Origin: Arenicellales bacterium
Lineage (GTDB): Bacteria; Pseudomonadota; Gammaproteobacteria; Arenicellales; JAANXG01
DNA: 64,000 bases
Direction of reading: 5' to 3'
Assembly (NCBI GenBank): GCA_030066885.1
Contig: JASJAT010000044.1
Location: forward strand, 4,138-68,137
The notes under the pieces were generated by a model, which saw only the letters and a program-made list of their open reading frames with translations, did no database searches and was not told the origin of the DNA. Each line of letters opens with the position of its first letter. The stretch's first letter is position 1. Made by a program: the position numbers and the translations under genes. Positions 34,204 through 43,200 of the stretch are shown here, in pieces.

Positions 34204-35169
34204 TTACTGCACTTTGCCGTGGGTCAGAAGACTAGCAACATCGGCTGTGGCTTTGAGCAAGGCATCTGTAATACTGGGCTCGCCGGCGGAATGACCAGCT
34301 TCTGGAAGGATACGTAACTGAGATTTTGACCAAGCTTGGTGCAACTGGAAAGCGTTCTCGACCGGGCAAACCACATCATAGCGACCGTGTACGATGATCC
34401 CCGGAATATTGCCTAAGCGATAAGCATCGCGAAGGAGTTGATTGTGGCTTAAAAAACTGTTGTGCACGAAGTAGTGTGCCTCGATACGGGCTAGGCTGAG
34501 AGCAACGTGAGGATTAGCAAAAAACTGGCGGGTCGTCTTGTTAGTAAGCAAATTTGAACATCGACCTTCCCATATGGACCACGCTTTGGCAGCCGCCATA
34601 CGGGCGATCTCGTCATCTCCCGTCAACCGCTGGTAATAAGCCTCAACCATATTGGTCCTTTCACTCTCTGGAATTGGGGCGAGAAAATCCTGCCAATAAT
34701 CGGGAAAAATTCGGCTGGCGCCTTCTTGATAGAACCAGCGGATTTCATGCGGGCGACACAGAAAGATACCACGCAGAATAAGTGCCAACACGCGTTTCGG
34801 ATAATTTTGTGCATACGCCAGGCCCAGGGTTGATCCCCACGAACCCCCAAACACGACCCAGCTGTCGATATTGAGGTGCGTGCGGATCATTTCTATATCG
34901 CTGATGAGATCGGCGGTGGTGTTTTTCTCTAAGCAGGCATGGGGGCGGGAGCGGCCGGCACCACGTTGATCGAATAGGATGATCCGGTAGATCTCAGGAT
35001 CAAAGAACCTGCGATGATAAGACTCGCATCCGGCACCTGGCCCACCGTGGAGGAACACGACGGGTATTCCCTCAGAGTTGCCACACTCTTCGACGTACAA
35101 TTCATGTGGAGAGTCCGCGGCAAGGTAAAAACTCTCGTTGGGTTTTATCTCTGGGAATAGAGTCTGCAC
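34204..35169 (-). CDS. pip: proline iminopeptidase
   Basis: 321 aa with HGGPG, DQRGAGRS and the nucleophile elbow GGSWGSTL. There is no spacer to either flanking gene. Confidence 0.92.
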   Translation of the reverse strand: MQTLFPEIKPNESFYLAADSPHELYVEECGNSEGIPVVFLHGGPGAGCESYHRRFFDPEIYRIILFDQRGAGRSRPHACLEKNTTADLISDIEMIRTHLNIDSWVVFGGSWGSTLGLAYAQNYPKRVLALILRGIFLCRPHEIRWFYQEGASRIFPDYWQDFLAPIPESERTNMVEAYYQRLTGDDEIARMAAAKAWSIWEGRCSNLLTNKTTRQFFANPHVALSLARIEAHYFVHNSFLSHNQLLRDAYRLGNIPGIIVHGRYDVVCPVENAFQLHQAWSKSQLRILPEAGHSAGEPSITDALLKATADVASLLTHGKVQ

Positions 35170-35889
35170 CTATTCTTCTACCTCTAAAGGCGGATCGCCG
35201 TCATAGATCAGGTTAAGCCGCCGCTGATTGTAGGTTTCTCGCAAAAAAGCATAGGGATCTAGCTGTAAGTCCAATAGTTTTGAACCGGTAAGCAATTGTG
35301 CCCTGGAATCGACGGCGTTTATACCAATCAATGCCAAGTTGACACTGGTCTCCGGGTTGTACAAGCGTGGATCGGTATACAGATAATAGGGCAAAAGCCC
35401 GATACCATCTCTGAGATTGGTCGGTCCAATGAAGGGTAGCATGATAAAAGGCCCAGGTTTGAAACCCCAAACCGCGAATGTTTGTCCGAAGTCCTCCTGA
35501 TGGCGTTCCAGGCCGGCGAGGGTGGAAAAATCGAAGAAACCGAGCAGACCGAAAGTCGTATTGAATAGAAAACGGGTTGTATCTAGAACAGCTTGCTCAA
35601 TCTTCCCTTGCAGAATATCGTTGATAATAGTTGTGGGTTCCAATAGATTTCGGAAAAAGTTGCCCACGCTCTTACGCACCGGGCTGGGTACGACCTTGCG
35701 GTAACCTTGAGCCACAGGCTTGAGTATGGCGCGGTCAAACCCGTCGTTGAATCGATAGATCGCCCGGTTGTACTTCTCGAACGGATCTCTGTACTCTTGG
35801 ATACTGCCTGTTGTTGCGCACGCCGAAAGGAGGATCGGGAATAAGAGTGTGTACAACAGTACTCGCTTAACGCTTGCCTTCCGGCTCAT
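35170..35889 (-). CDS. mlaA: MlaA/VacJ-family outer-membrane lipoprotein
   Basis: 239 aa with lipobox LLSAC and NRAIYRFNDGFDRAILKPVAQGY. Confidence 0.9.
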   Translation of the reverse strand: MSRKASVKRVLLYTLLFPILLSACATTGSIQEYRDPFEKYNRAIYRFNDGFDRAILKPVAQGYRKVVPSPVRKSVGNFFRNLLEPTTIINDILQGKIEQAVLDTTRFLFNTTFGLLGFFDFSTLAGLERHQEDFGQTFAVWGFKPGPFIMLPFIGPTNLRDGIGLLPYYLYTDPRLYNPETSVNLALIGINAVDSRAQLLTGSKLLDLQLDPYAFLRETYNQRRLNLIYDGDPPLEVEE

Positions 35890-36068
35890 GTGGTTTCCAT
35901 TTGATTTTTTCTCGATTCTAGCTTATTAGCGCCGTTCCATGCGGTTGTATTTGATTGACCGGAACTGTTGTGGCAAGTCTGCTCACAAACGCAACCCAGG
36001 GTCTGGACATAGATTCGCAGTTTTATTATATCCTTTGAATATCAATAGGTTACGGCAGTTTTAATGAA

Positions 36069-36668
36069 TCATGGATGTTCCAACCGGGCTGAGACAAAGC
36101 CCCACGTCATGCCTAGGATCAGGCCGACGGAGTGGGCCATGTTGGCTATATTACCGACCAAGCCTAACCAGCAAACGACGAACCAGACCAGCATCATAAC
36201 TACGATGGCTTTGTGCAGGCGCATACCGAAACGCGGATTAAACTTTCCCTGTATCCAGAAATAACCCAACAGGCCGTACACCACACCCGACATTCCACCG
36301 AAGGGTACATTGGGGTGATAAACGTATTCCGCCAGGTTGGATAAGATGCCCACGACCACAAGGAAATAGAAAAGCTCGCCGGAGCTCAGTCGACGTTCAA
36401 AGGGGCCGCCGAGCTGCCACATCCATAACATGTTAAAAATGATATGGGCGAACCCAAAGTGTAAGAACACCGGTGTTAATAGACGCCAGAATTGCCCATC
36501 CAATACGGCCTGTAGACCGGTATCGCGAAAATATTCTGTGAGAAAGAGCGGGCGAATGGGATATAGATTTGCACCGAAACCGGACCAAACGGCCAGGGTC
36601 ACACAGACGGCAATAATGCTTGTGGTGAACGGCGGCAGCGCGCTCAAAGTTTTTTTCTTGTTATACAA
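36069..36668 (-). CDS. rhomboid-family intramembrane serine protease
   Basis: 199 aa with HFGFAHIIFNMLWMW, the catalytic GGMSGVVYG and the distal H in MAHSVG. Confidence 0.88.
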   Translation of the reverse strand: MYNKKKTLSALPPFTTSIIAVCVTLAVWSGFGANLYPIRPLFLTEYFRDTGLQAVLDGQFWRLLTPVFLHFGFAHIIFNMLWMWQLGGPFERRLSSGELFYFLVVVGILSNLAEYVYHPNVPFGGMSGVVYGLLGYFWIQGKFNPRFGMRLHKAIVVMMLVWFVVCWLGLVGNIANMAHSVGLILGMTWGFVSARLEHP

Positions 36669-36820
36669 CTGCGTTCGTGACGTAAAATCGGTTGGCGATT
36701 ATTGCAGAAAAAGTAAAGTCAGCAAGGGATTTTTTGTTATCGGCCTAATCTACGCTGGGTAAAGCTAATCGCTGACGCAATCTCTATTCAATTAATGTGG
36801 GAAGTAAACGGGGGATTTTA

Positions 36821-38278
36821 GTGTTATCGCAAACAGCCATTTTCACGAAATTAGTTCGGAATTACATGGGGCCTCCCCCAGTAATAGTGGACGTAGCTGA
36901 CAATTGTGGGTTTGTCGTTCGACGTATGGCTGAAACCAAAGCCAGCAGTGCCCTCATCTGTAATGAGCGCGCAGAGCCAATAGGCATTATTACTGAGCAA
37001 GATATTTGTCGACGGGTCACTTTTTCCTGTGATCCAAACACACTCGCTACGGATATTATGTCGTCACCAGTGCGAGCAATAGACGCTGACGACTACCTTT
37101 ATTACGCCATTGCAGAAATGCGCCGCAACAAGCTTCGTCACATGCCTGTTGTCGACCTCAACAATCACGTCGTTGGGGTATTACAAATACACGACGCGTT
37201 GACCGTCGCTGCGTCCCAAGTGGTCGATCAGATAGAACTGCTGACGCATTCGAGAACCTTGACTGGGATGAAAAAAACCAAAGCAGCACAGGTAGAAGTC
37301 GCTACGCAACTTTTACTCGATAAAGTTCCCGCACCGGAGATTCAGACGCTCATCACCAGTATCAATAACGATTTATACAAACGTATCGTAGGGTTGTGTA
37401 TGCGACAGATGCAGGACGAAGGTTGGGGAAGTGCACCGGTGCGCTTCGACACCATCGTAATGGGTTCTGGCGGTAGAGGTGAAAGCTTCTTGTATCCGGA
37501 CCAGGACAACGGTTTTATCCTGGAAGACTATCCTGACCAACAGCATGCAGACATAGACCGCTGGTTTATCGAGCTGGCCACGCGGGTGACCGACGCCTTG
37601 AACGAAACAGGATTCGTTTATTGTAAAGGCTACGTTATGGCAACCAATCCATTGTGGCGTAAGACGATCAGTCAATGGTGCAAGCAAATCAGTCAATGGG
37701 TAGGTAAAGGATCGGGTATGGTCTTGCGGCTGGGTGATATCTTCTTCGACTTTGTGCCTGTTTATGGATCTGGAGAACTGACCCGGCAATTGCGGGAGCA
37801 TGTCACGAAGGTGGCACGAGAACCGTTCTTTTTAAGAGAGATGTTCAAGTTTGATCAAGAGCACGAGGTCGCGCTGGGCCCATTCAACCGATTGTTACGG
37901 GATAGGTTGGAGGGCCCGCAGAAGGGTAAGCTCAACCTGAAGTTGACCGGCACACTGCCGCTCGTCGGCGCGGTGCGTATCAGTGCCCTGGCTAATGGGA
38001 TTGCTGACACCCAAACGCTCAAGCGCATCGATGGGCTGTTTGCCAAAGGGAAGCTGTCGAAGGATGAGCAAGACTACCTTTCCGGCGCATTCCGACACAT
38101 CACAAACCTTTTGCTGCGGCAACAGCTCAGGGATTTCCAGAAGGGCAATCCAGTCGGAAATCACGTCGCCATGACAGACCTGTCTAAACGGGAACAGGAT
38201 ATGTTGGTGGACGGGTTAAAAGCGATAAAGAATTACCGCAAAAATCTTCGCCTGGAGCTCACGGGAGAACTCTTTTGA
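36821..38278 (+). CDS. CBS-pair + DUF294-type putative nucleotidyltransferase (with DUF294_C-like C-terminus)
   Basis: Two CBS motifs at the N-terminus, then MGSGGRGESFLYPDQDNGFIL, a GS...D-x-D minimal NTase core. The track ORF starts at GTG 36797. GTG 36821 has GGGGGA 8 nt upstream, so the start is uncertain. Confidence 0.78.
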   Translation: MLSQTAIFTKLVRNYMGPPPVIVDVADNCGFVVRRMAETKASSALICNERAEPIGIITEQDICRRVTFSCDPNTLATDIMSSPVRAIDADDYLYYAIAEMRRNKLRHMPVVDLNNHVVGVLQIHDALTVAASQVVDQIELLTHSRTLTGMKKTKAAQVEVATQLLLDKVPAPEIQTLITSINNDLYKRIVGLCMRQMQDEGWGSAPVRFDTIVMGSGGRGESFLYPDQDNGFILEDYPDQQHADIDRWFIELATRVTDALNETGFVYCKGYVMATNPLWRKTISQWCKQISQWVGKGSGMVLRLGDIFFDFVPVYGSGELTRQLREHVTKVAREPFFLREMFKFDQEHEVALGPFNRLLRDRLEGPQKGKLNLKLTGTLPLVGAVRISALANGIADTQTLKRIDGLFAKGKLSKDEQDYLSGAFRHITNLLLRQQLRDFQKGNPVGNHVAMTDLSKREQDMLVDGLKAIKNYRKNLRLELTGELF

Positions 38279-38438
38279 TAGACGCCTCATGGGTTAGGAC
38301 TTGGAGCTTCGATCAGCGACTAAGTAGGTTTAGGAGTAGCGAGCACCTAGTTGGCTAGCGGCTAGCAAAAACACAACGTTAACCCGTTGGTAACCACGCT
38401 TAGTCACTCTCTACAACCGACATGCAACTTCTTAATAG

Positions 38439-39890
38439 CTAAAAACTCTCCTGCAGCTTCCTGATTTCAAATACTTGGTTGGAAGCCTGGATGGCTTCCC
38501 CAAGTGTTTTAATATCATGATGGGGTAGTGCGTCTAGCATGCGCAGGAAGATTTCCGCGGTGGACCGGGCATCACCAAGTGCGGTATGACGCGCTCCTGT
38601 TGGGATCTCTATCCCGAAACGGGCAGCGATAGCGTCCAGTGTATGTGCGCTGTGGTTAGGTTGCAGAACAAACGATAAAAGCAACGTATCTAGAACTGGA
38701 TGGTCAAAAGAGACACCGGTTTTTTCTTCTTTGAGCTTGAGGAACTTCATATCAAAAGCCGCGTTGTGTGCAACCAGTACTGAACCTTCGGCAAACGCGT
38801 GAAACTGTTTTAACACCTCTACAATCCCATCTGCGTTCTCTACCATGTCATCTGTGATTCCGTGGAATCGTATCGAGGACTGAGGGATGGGAAAGCCTGG
38901 ATTTACCAAGCGGTCGAACTCGTCGCTTTCTAAGATGGTGTTATCGACGATACGCACCCCGGAGATCTGAACAATTTCATCTCCTTTAGATGGGCGCAAT
39001 CCGGTGGTTTCGGTATCAAACACGACAAAGGTTAGATCACTTAGCGGGCGATCTGATTGCGCTAGAGACGTGTCCCGGTCGAACAGAGAGAAATCATAGA
39101 ATTCCGGGCGGTCAGTCATGATACTTTGGTCGTAGCGGCCGTGTTGATCGTTTAAACGGTCGTGGCCCGGTAAGGTAAGTACGTAACCACTGCAGCTCCC
39201 ATCTGGCTCGACGATGAGATTCATTCGTAGCCGTACCCCACGACTTACACCTCTTAGCGAATCATCAAATTCAATAATTTCACGTTTCGACTCAGATTCA
39301 TATAAACCCATTAAATGGTGGAATTTCTGGTCAATTAAACTGCTTTTAAAAAAAGACTGTATGTTGCGGTGAAGACTTAGGATAGTCACGTCCTTGAGTA
39401 ACATGCTGGCTGACTGATTGAACAGGACGATCTGGTGATCGGGTGAGCAGACGATAACACCCTCCGTTAGGTCGTGTAGTATTGCTTCCAGCCTAGTCCT
39501 CCTCTGGTCAATGCGGGCGGTCGCGGAGTCAATCGCACGCGCGGTCTGGTGTCGTTCTCGGGTGAGCTCCTGACCGAATGCTCGGGCGGTGTCGGGCAGC
39601 GAACCCAGGTAGTGCTGATCGGGTAGAGTAAACCGGTGGTGCGCGTCAGCATGGGTCAGTAACTTGAATTGGTCTTCCAGCATGTGCAAGGGTCGAAACA
39701 GACGAACGTGTATCAAGGTGCATAGCACCCAAACTAAACTCACTAGGACCAGCAGTTCTGTCAGCATAACTAAAGCAAGACCGCTTGGCGGCAGTCGGCT
39801 GTCCAGCAATAACCAGATGTTGAAAACGAATAAAACGATCAAAAATACGGTCGCCAGCGCCGCTATAAATTGTGGTCGCGGGATTTTCAT
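38439..39890 (-). CDS. membrane-anchored PAS-like sensor fused to a DEDDh 3'-5' exonuclease (epsilon/RNase T-like)
   Basis: Starting at ATG 39890 (MKIPRPQF...) avoids overlap with srkA. The product has two N-terminal TM helices and a PAS-like LEAILHDLTEGVIVCSPDHQIVLFNQSA. Exo motifs are FVVFDTETTGL, AHNAAFDMKFL and HTALGDARSTAEIF. Confidence 0.82.
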   Translation of the reverse strand: MKIPRPQFIAALATVFLIVLFVFNIWLLLDSRLPPSGLALVMLTELLVLVSLVWVLCTLIHVRLFRPLHMLEDQFKLLTHADAHHRFTLPDQHYLGSLPDTARAFGQELTRERHQTARAIDSATARIDQRRTRLEAILHDLTEGVIVCSPDHQIVLFNQSASMLLKDVTILSLHRNIQSFFKSSLIDQKFHHLMGLYESESKREIIEFDDSLRGVSRGVRLRMNLIVEPDGSCSGYVLTLPGHDRLNDQHGRYDQSIMTDRPEFYDFSLFDRDTSLAQSDRPLSDLTFVVFDTETTGLRPSKGDEIVQISGVRIVDNTILESDEFDRLVNPGFPIPQSSIRFHGITDDMVENADGIVEVLKQFHAFAEGSVLVAHNAAFDMKFLKLKEEKTGVSFDHPVLDTLLLSFVLQPNHSAHTLDAIAARFGIEIPTGARHTALGDARSTAEIFLRMLDALPHHDIKTLGEAIQASNQVFEIRKLQESF

Positions 39891-39913
39891 GGGTACATAG
39901 TAACCGGGGGTTT

Positions 39914-40915
39914 TCAACACCGCCAAACCAGGGTCTCTTCTTCCATCGCCGCGGCTTGCTCGCGTAAGCTCAGGATGTGTTCTTCCCAGCATTTTTGTGT
40001 ATTGAACCAGGGAAACGCGCGGGGAAAAGCAGGGTCATGCCAGCGTCGAGCGAGCCATGCATAGTAGTACATCAATCGCAACGTCCGCAGCGCTTCGAGT
40101 AGATGCAGCTCGAGCGGGTTGAATTCACAGAACCTGGTGTAGCCCGTTAAAACGGCATTCAACGCTGTGGTTCTTTCCTGTCGATTTCCACTTAAAAACA
40201 TCCACAAATCCTGACTGGCCGGGGCGTTACGGGCGTCGTCCAGGTCTACAATATGGGGGCCGTCGTCGGTCCATAGAATATTGCCGCTATGACAATCACC
40301 GTGAACTCGAATGTAAGCCACTTCCCCCGCGCGGTTATGGCAGAACTGTATTCTTGTCAGCAGATCCTCTGCCAGGGAGCGATATGCCACTTGCAGTTCC
40401 GCCGGAATGAATCCCTTTTCCAGTAAGAATTGATAGGACTCCGCACCGAAGGAGGCGATAGTCAGGGACGGTCGGTGCTTGAAGTATTGGGTCTTACCAA
40501 TCAGATGTAACCTGCCGATAAACCGACCCATAAGCTCTAGGTGGTCTGGGTTTTCTAATTCGAGTGCGCGACCACCACGCTGAGGAAAGAGCGCAAATCG
40601 ATAGGGGCCGTGTTTAAATAAACTTTGTACTTGCTCGTTTCTAATCGGTGCAACAACTGGAATTTCCGCCTGTACCAGCTCATGGGCGAAACTGTGTTCC
40701 TCCATAATCGCCTCATCAGACCATCTAAAGGGTCGGTAAAATTTTGCGATTATGTTTTGGCCAGATTCGAGACCTACTTGGTAGACTCGATTCTCGTAAC
40801 TGTTCAACGCCATGAGGCGCCCGTCGCAGAGATAACCCTGGCTTTCGACCGCATCGAGGATTTGTTGCGGCCCCAGCGCTTGATAGGCTTGTGTCTCGCT
40901 GTTGTCCAAATTCAT
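39914..40915 (-). CDS. srkA: SrkA/YihE-type stress-response Ser/Thr kinase (APH fold)
   Basis: 333 aa with ALNSYENRVYQV, the catalytic loop VHGDCHSGNILW and IVDLDDA. Confidence 0.88.
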   Translation of the reverse strand: MNLDNSETQAYQALGPQQILDAVESQGYLCDGRLMALNSYENRVYQVGLESGQNIIAKFYRPFRWSDEAIMEEHSFAHELVQAEIPVVAPIRNEQVQSLFKHGPYRFALFPQRGGRALELENPDHLELMGRFIGRLHLIGKTQYFKHRPSLTIASFGAESYQFLLEKGFIPAELQVAYRSLAEDLLTRIQFCHNRAGEVAYIRVHGDCHSGNILWTDDGPHIVDLDDARNAPASQDLWMFLSGNRQERTTALNAVLTGYTRFCEFNPLELHLLEALRTLRLMYYYAWLARRWHDPAFPRAFPWFNTQKCWEEHILSLREQAAAMEEETLVWRC

Positions 40916-40950
40916 TGATCAGGGCTGTTGGTGAGCGTAAAACCAGAACC

Positions 40951-42528
40951 ATGTATACACGAATCGCGCAGTTAGCCGAAGCAGAAAACAGTCAAAAACT
41001 GTTCTGGCTAGCAACGGTATTGATTGCTTTGAACATCCTTTGGCGCAGCGTTCGCTACGCTTTGGGATTCCCGTTGTTTGGCGATGAAGCATTTGTGGCC
41101 AATAGTTTCTTAGTCAGGGATTTCTTGGGGCTGACCGAAGGACTGGAACACTATCAAATCGTACCACTGTTGTACTTGTGGGGGACTTGGCTACTCAGCT
41201 ACGTTGTTGGGCAATCTGAGTGGGGGCTGCGACTCCTGTCCTACGTTGCGGGTATCGCAGGTGTCCTATTGTTCGCGCACGTGTCGCTTAAGTTCCTCCC
41301 TAAGAAAACAGCACTATTCTCGTTGGCGATCTTCTGTGCTTCATACTACCCCGTTCGCCATGCCGCCGAGGTGAAGCCATATAGTCTGGATTTATTGGTC
41401 AGTCTATGTATTACGGTCACCGCCTGGAATTTTCTAACTGCTCGAAACAAGCAAAATACCTTTTGGTGGGCATTGGCCTGCGTAGTGGGCGTGTGGGCCA
41501 GCTATCCATCGATATTTGTGGCTGGTGGGATCTGTTTAGTCATTTTCGGTTATGGCCTGATCCGACAGCGTGCTTATCTGTTACCTACCGTCGCAGTCGG
41601 CTTGGCAACGTCACTGAGTTTTGCATCGATGTACTACTTCATTGGCAGCGCGCAAAATGCAGCCGCCGGGGACATACTAGTCCAGCTCGAACTTTGGGCA
41701 TCGACATTTCCCCCTTGGTCCGAGCCTAGCAGGTTCTTCGACTGGTTCGTACATGTGCACCTGGGGAAGATGTTCGCTTATCCGAACGGGGGCAACAACG
41801 GCGGCAGTGCACTGACTTTTATCCTGTTTTGTATAGGGGCATGGTCGCTCTGGCGGCAGGAACGATTAAAAGTCCTGGTCTTACTCAGCCCTTTTCCACT
41901 GATGTTCGTCGCAGCCAGCCTGCATGCTTATCCGTACGGGGGCAGTGCACGGGTGGCGCAGCATGTAGCTCCCGCTATTTGCCTGTTGGCTGCTGCCGGA
42001 CTGGCTTACTTGATGCGCATTCGTCCTGGTGGTCATATTGAAAAACGTGCTCTGGTGTTTGTCGGGATTTGTATGGCTTTGATCTTGGGTGGCATAGTCC
42101 GCGATGTCGTCAAGCCCTACAAAGAGCTCGCCGACCAAGACAATAGGGAGGTGATTGAGCAGATGGCGGAGGCGGCGACTGATGAAGAGCGCTGGATTGT
42201 ATTCGGTGTCTGGGGTGATGTTTCCCGGGACGTTCCCAACTTATACCATTGGGCGGGTTCCGCAGCCCGCCTCAGGTATTATCTGCTGCGCTTGGCCGGG
42301 GAGCGAATACAATGGGGACCCAATCCGGCTGAGATCCTAGAGGGTGCTGGCAGCCCCAAGCTGTTACTCGCTTATCAACACCCATATGTGCCGTTCCCGC
42401 ATAAAAAATTCGAAGCCTACCTGCGGCAGGTTAACCGAGGTCTCAGGACTGAACTGGTAGCGACTCATCCGTTCCGGGAGCTCGCTGAAAAACTGGTTGT
42501 CTATGAACTCACACCGATTAAAAAGTAA
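40951..42528 (+). CDS. GT-C fold (ArnT/PMT-like, family 39/83-type) membrane glycosyltransferase
   Basis: ~525 aa polytopic protein. The first periplasmic loop FGDEAF resembles the DE/DxD motif of GT-C enzymes. The track start at 40891 would overlap the srkA coding region, so ATG 40951 was chosen. Confidence 0.6.
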   Translation: MYTRIAQLAEAENSQKLFWLATVLIALNILWRSVRYALGFPLFGDEAFVANSFLVRDFLGLTEGLEHYQIVPLLYLWGTWLLSYVVGQSEWGLRLLSYVAGIAGVLLFAHVSLKFLPKKTALFSLAIFCASYYPVRHAAEVKPYSLDLLVSLCITVTAWNFLTARNKQNTFWWALACVVGVWASYPSIFVAGGICLVIFGYGLIRQRAYLLPTVAVGLATSLSFASMYYFIGSAQNAAAGDILVQLELWASTFPPWSEPSRFFDWFVHVHLGKMFAYPNGGNNGGSALTFILFCIGAWSLWRQERLKVLVLLSPFPLMFVAASLHAYPYGGSARVAQHVAPAICLLAAAGLAYLMRIRPGGHIEKRALVFVGICMALILGGIVRDVVKPYKELADQDNREVIEQMAEAATDEERWIVFGVWGDVSRDVPNLYHWAGSAARLRYYLLRLAGERIQWGPNPAEILEGAGSPKLLLAYQHPYVPFPHKKFEAYLRQVNRGLRTELVATHPFRELAEKLVVYELTPIKK

Positions 42529-42546
42529 GGGCGCCCGAAGGCGCCC
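42529..42546 (-). terminator. GC hairpin GGGCGCC-cgaa-GGCGCCC, intrinsic terminator for the lipoprotein gene
   Basis: Perfect 7-bp stem with a tetraloop. On the minus strand it is followed by TTACTTTTTAA. A second hairpin, CCGCTC-tgac-GAGCGG (42550-42565) followed by TT, may serve the plus-strand gene. Confidence 0.6.
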
Positions 42547-42578
42547 TCTCCGCTCTGACGAGCGGTTGGGAGGAGGAA

Positions 42579-43034
42579 CTAATTTAGGATTCTCCAAGCA
42601 CCGTCCGGTTGTCGACATGCTGTTCCATATGCCTGCTCAGCCCTGCCGCCGACCTGCACCGTAGTACGGTACTCACGACAGTATTGTCCGGACGCTGTTT
42701 GATATGTTTTTGTCGGAGTGATCCCCACTTGGGCTCCAGAATCTGGATTTACCCAGGCTGACGATTGACCGGTTCGATTGTATTCAAAGGCCTGCTGAGC
42801 TTGAAAGCGATCATAGCTATCCAGGCTGCGGCCTACGGAGGCTCCGGCAGCTGCACCTATTGCCGTGCCGGCAACAGTGGCCAACACCTGACCGCTACCA
42901 CTACCGAATTGATTCCCAACCACACCTCCGACAACAGCACCTAACAGCGCGCCTTGATCCTGTTTCGGGACACCCTGGCAGCCGGATATAGCCACCGCGA
43001 GTGTCGCATACGTAACCAAAGCACATGTTCGCAT
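42579..43034 (-). CDS. glycine-zipper outer-membrane lipoprotein (17-kDa surface antigen family)
   Basis: Starting at M61 of the track ORF gives MRTCALVTYATLAVAISGCQG, which contains a lipobox. A glycine zipper GAVVGGVVGNQFGSGSG follows, and the C-terminus reads YCREY...GTACRQPDGAW. AAGAGAG lies upstream. Confidence 0.75.
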   Translation of the reverse strand: MRTCALVTYATLAVAISGCQGVPKQDQGALLGAVVGGVVGNQFGSGSGQVLATVAGTAIGAAAGASVGRSLDSYDRFQAQQAFEYNRTGQSSAWVNPDSGAQVGITPTKTYQTASGQYCREYRTTVQVGGRAEQAYGTACRQPDGAWRILN

Positions 43035-43200
43035 TGCACCGCTCTCTTTTAGCCGTAATATCTGTGATAACGCAACTACTATTGGGATGGTTGACAAAAG
43101 TAGCAGCGGGTGACAAAAACTCCGGCGAGCACCAGAGTTAATTCTCCCGTTATTCCTTATTCGGTGAAAATCTATCCCAGACAACCTTGCAGAAGCCGGC

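Noticed and set aside
40891-40950. Track start (GTG 40891) of the GT-C glycosyltransferase ORF, and track start (39992) of the exonuclease ORF.
   Set aside because: Both extensions would overlap the well-supported srkA coding sequence, on the opposite and same strand respectively. They also add non-hydrophobic, Arg-rich leaders. Internal ATGs at 40951 and 39890 give sensible N-termini.
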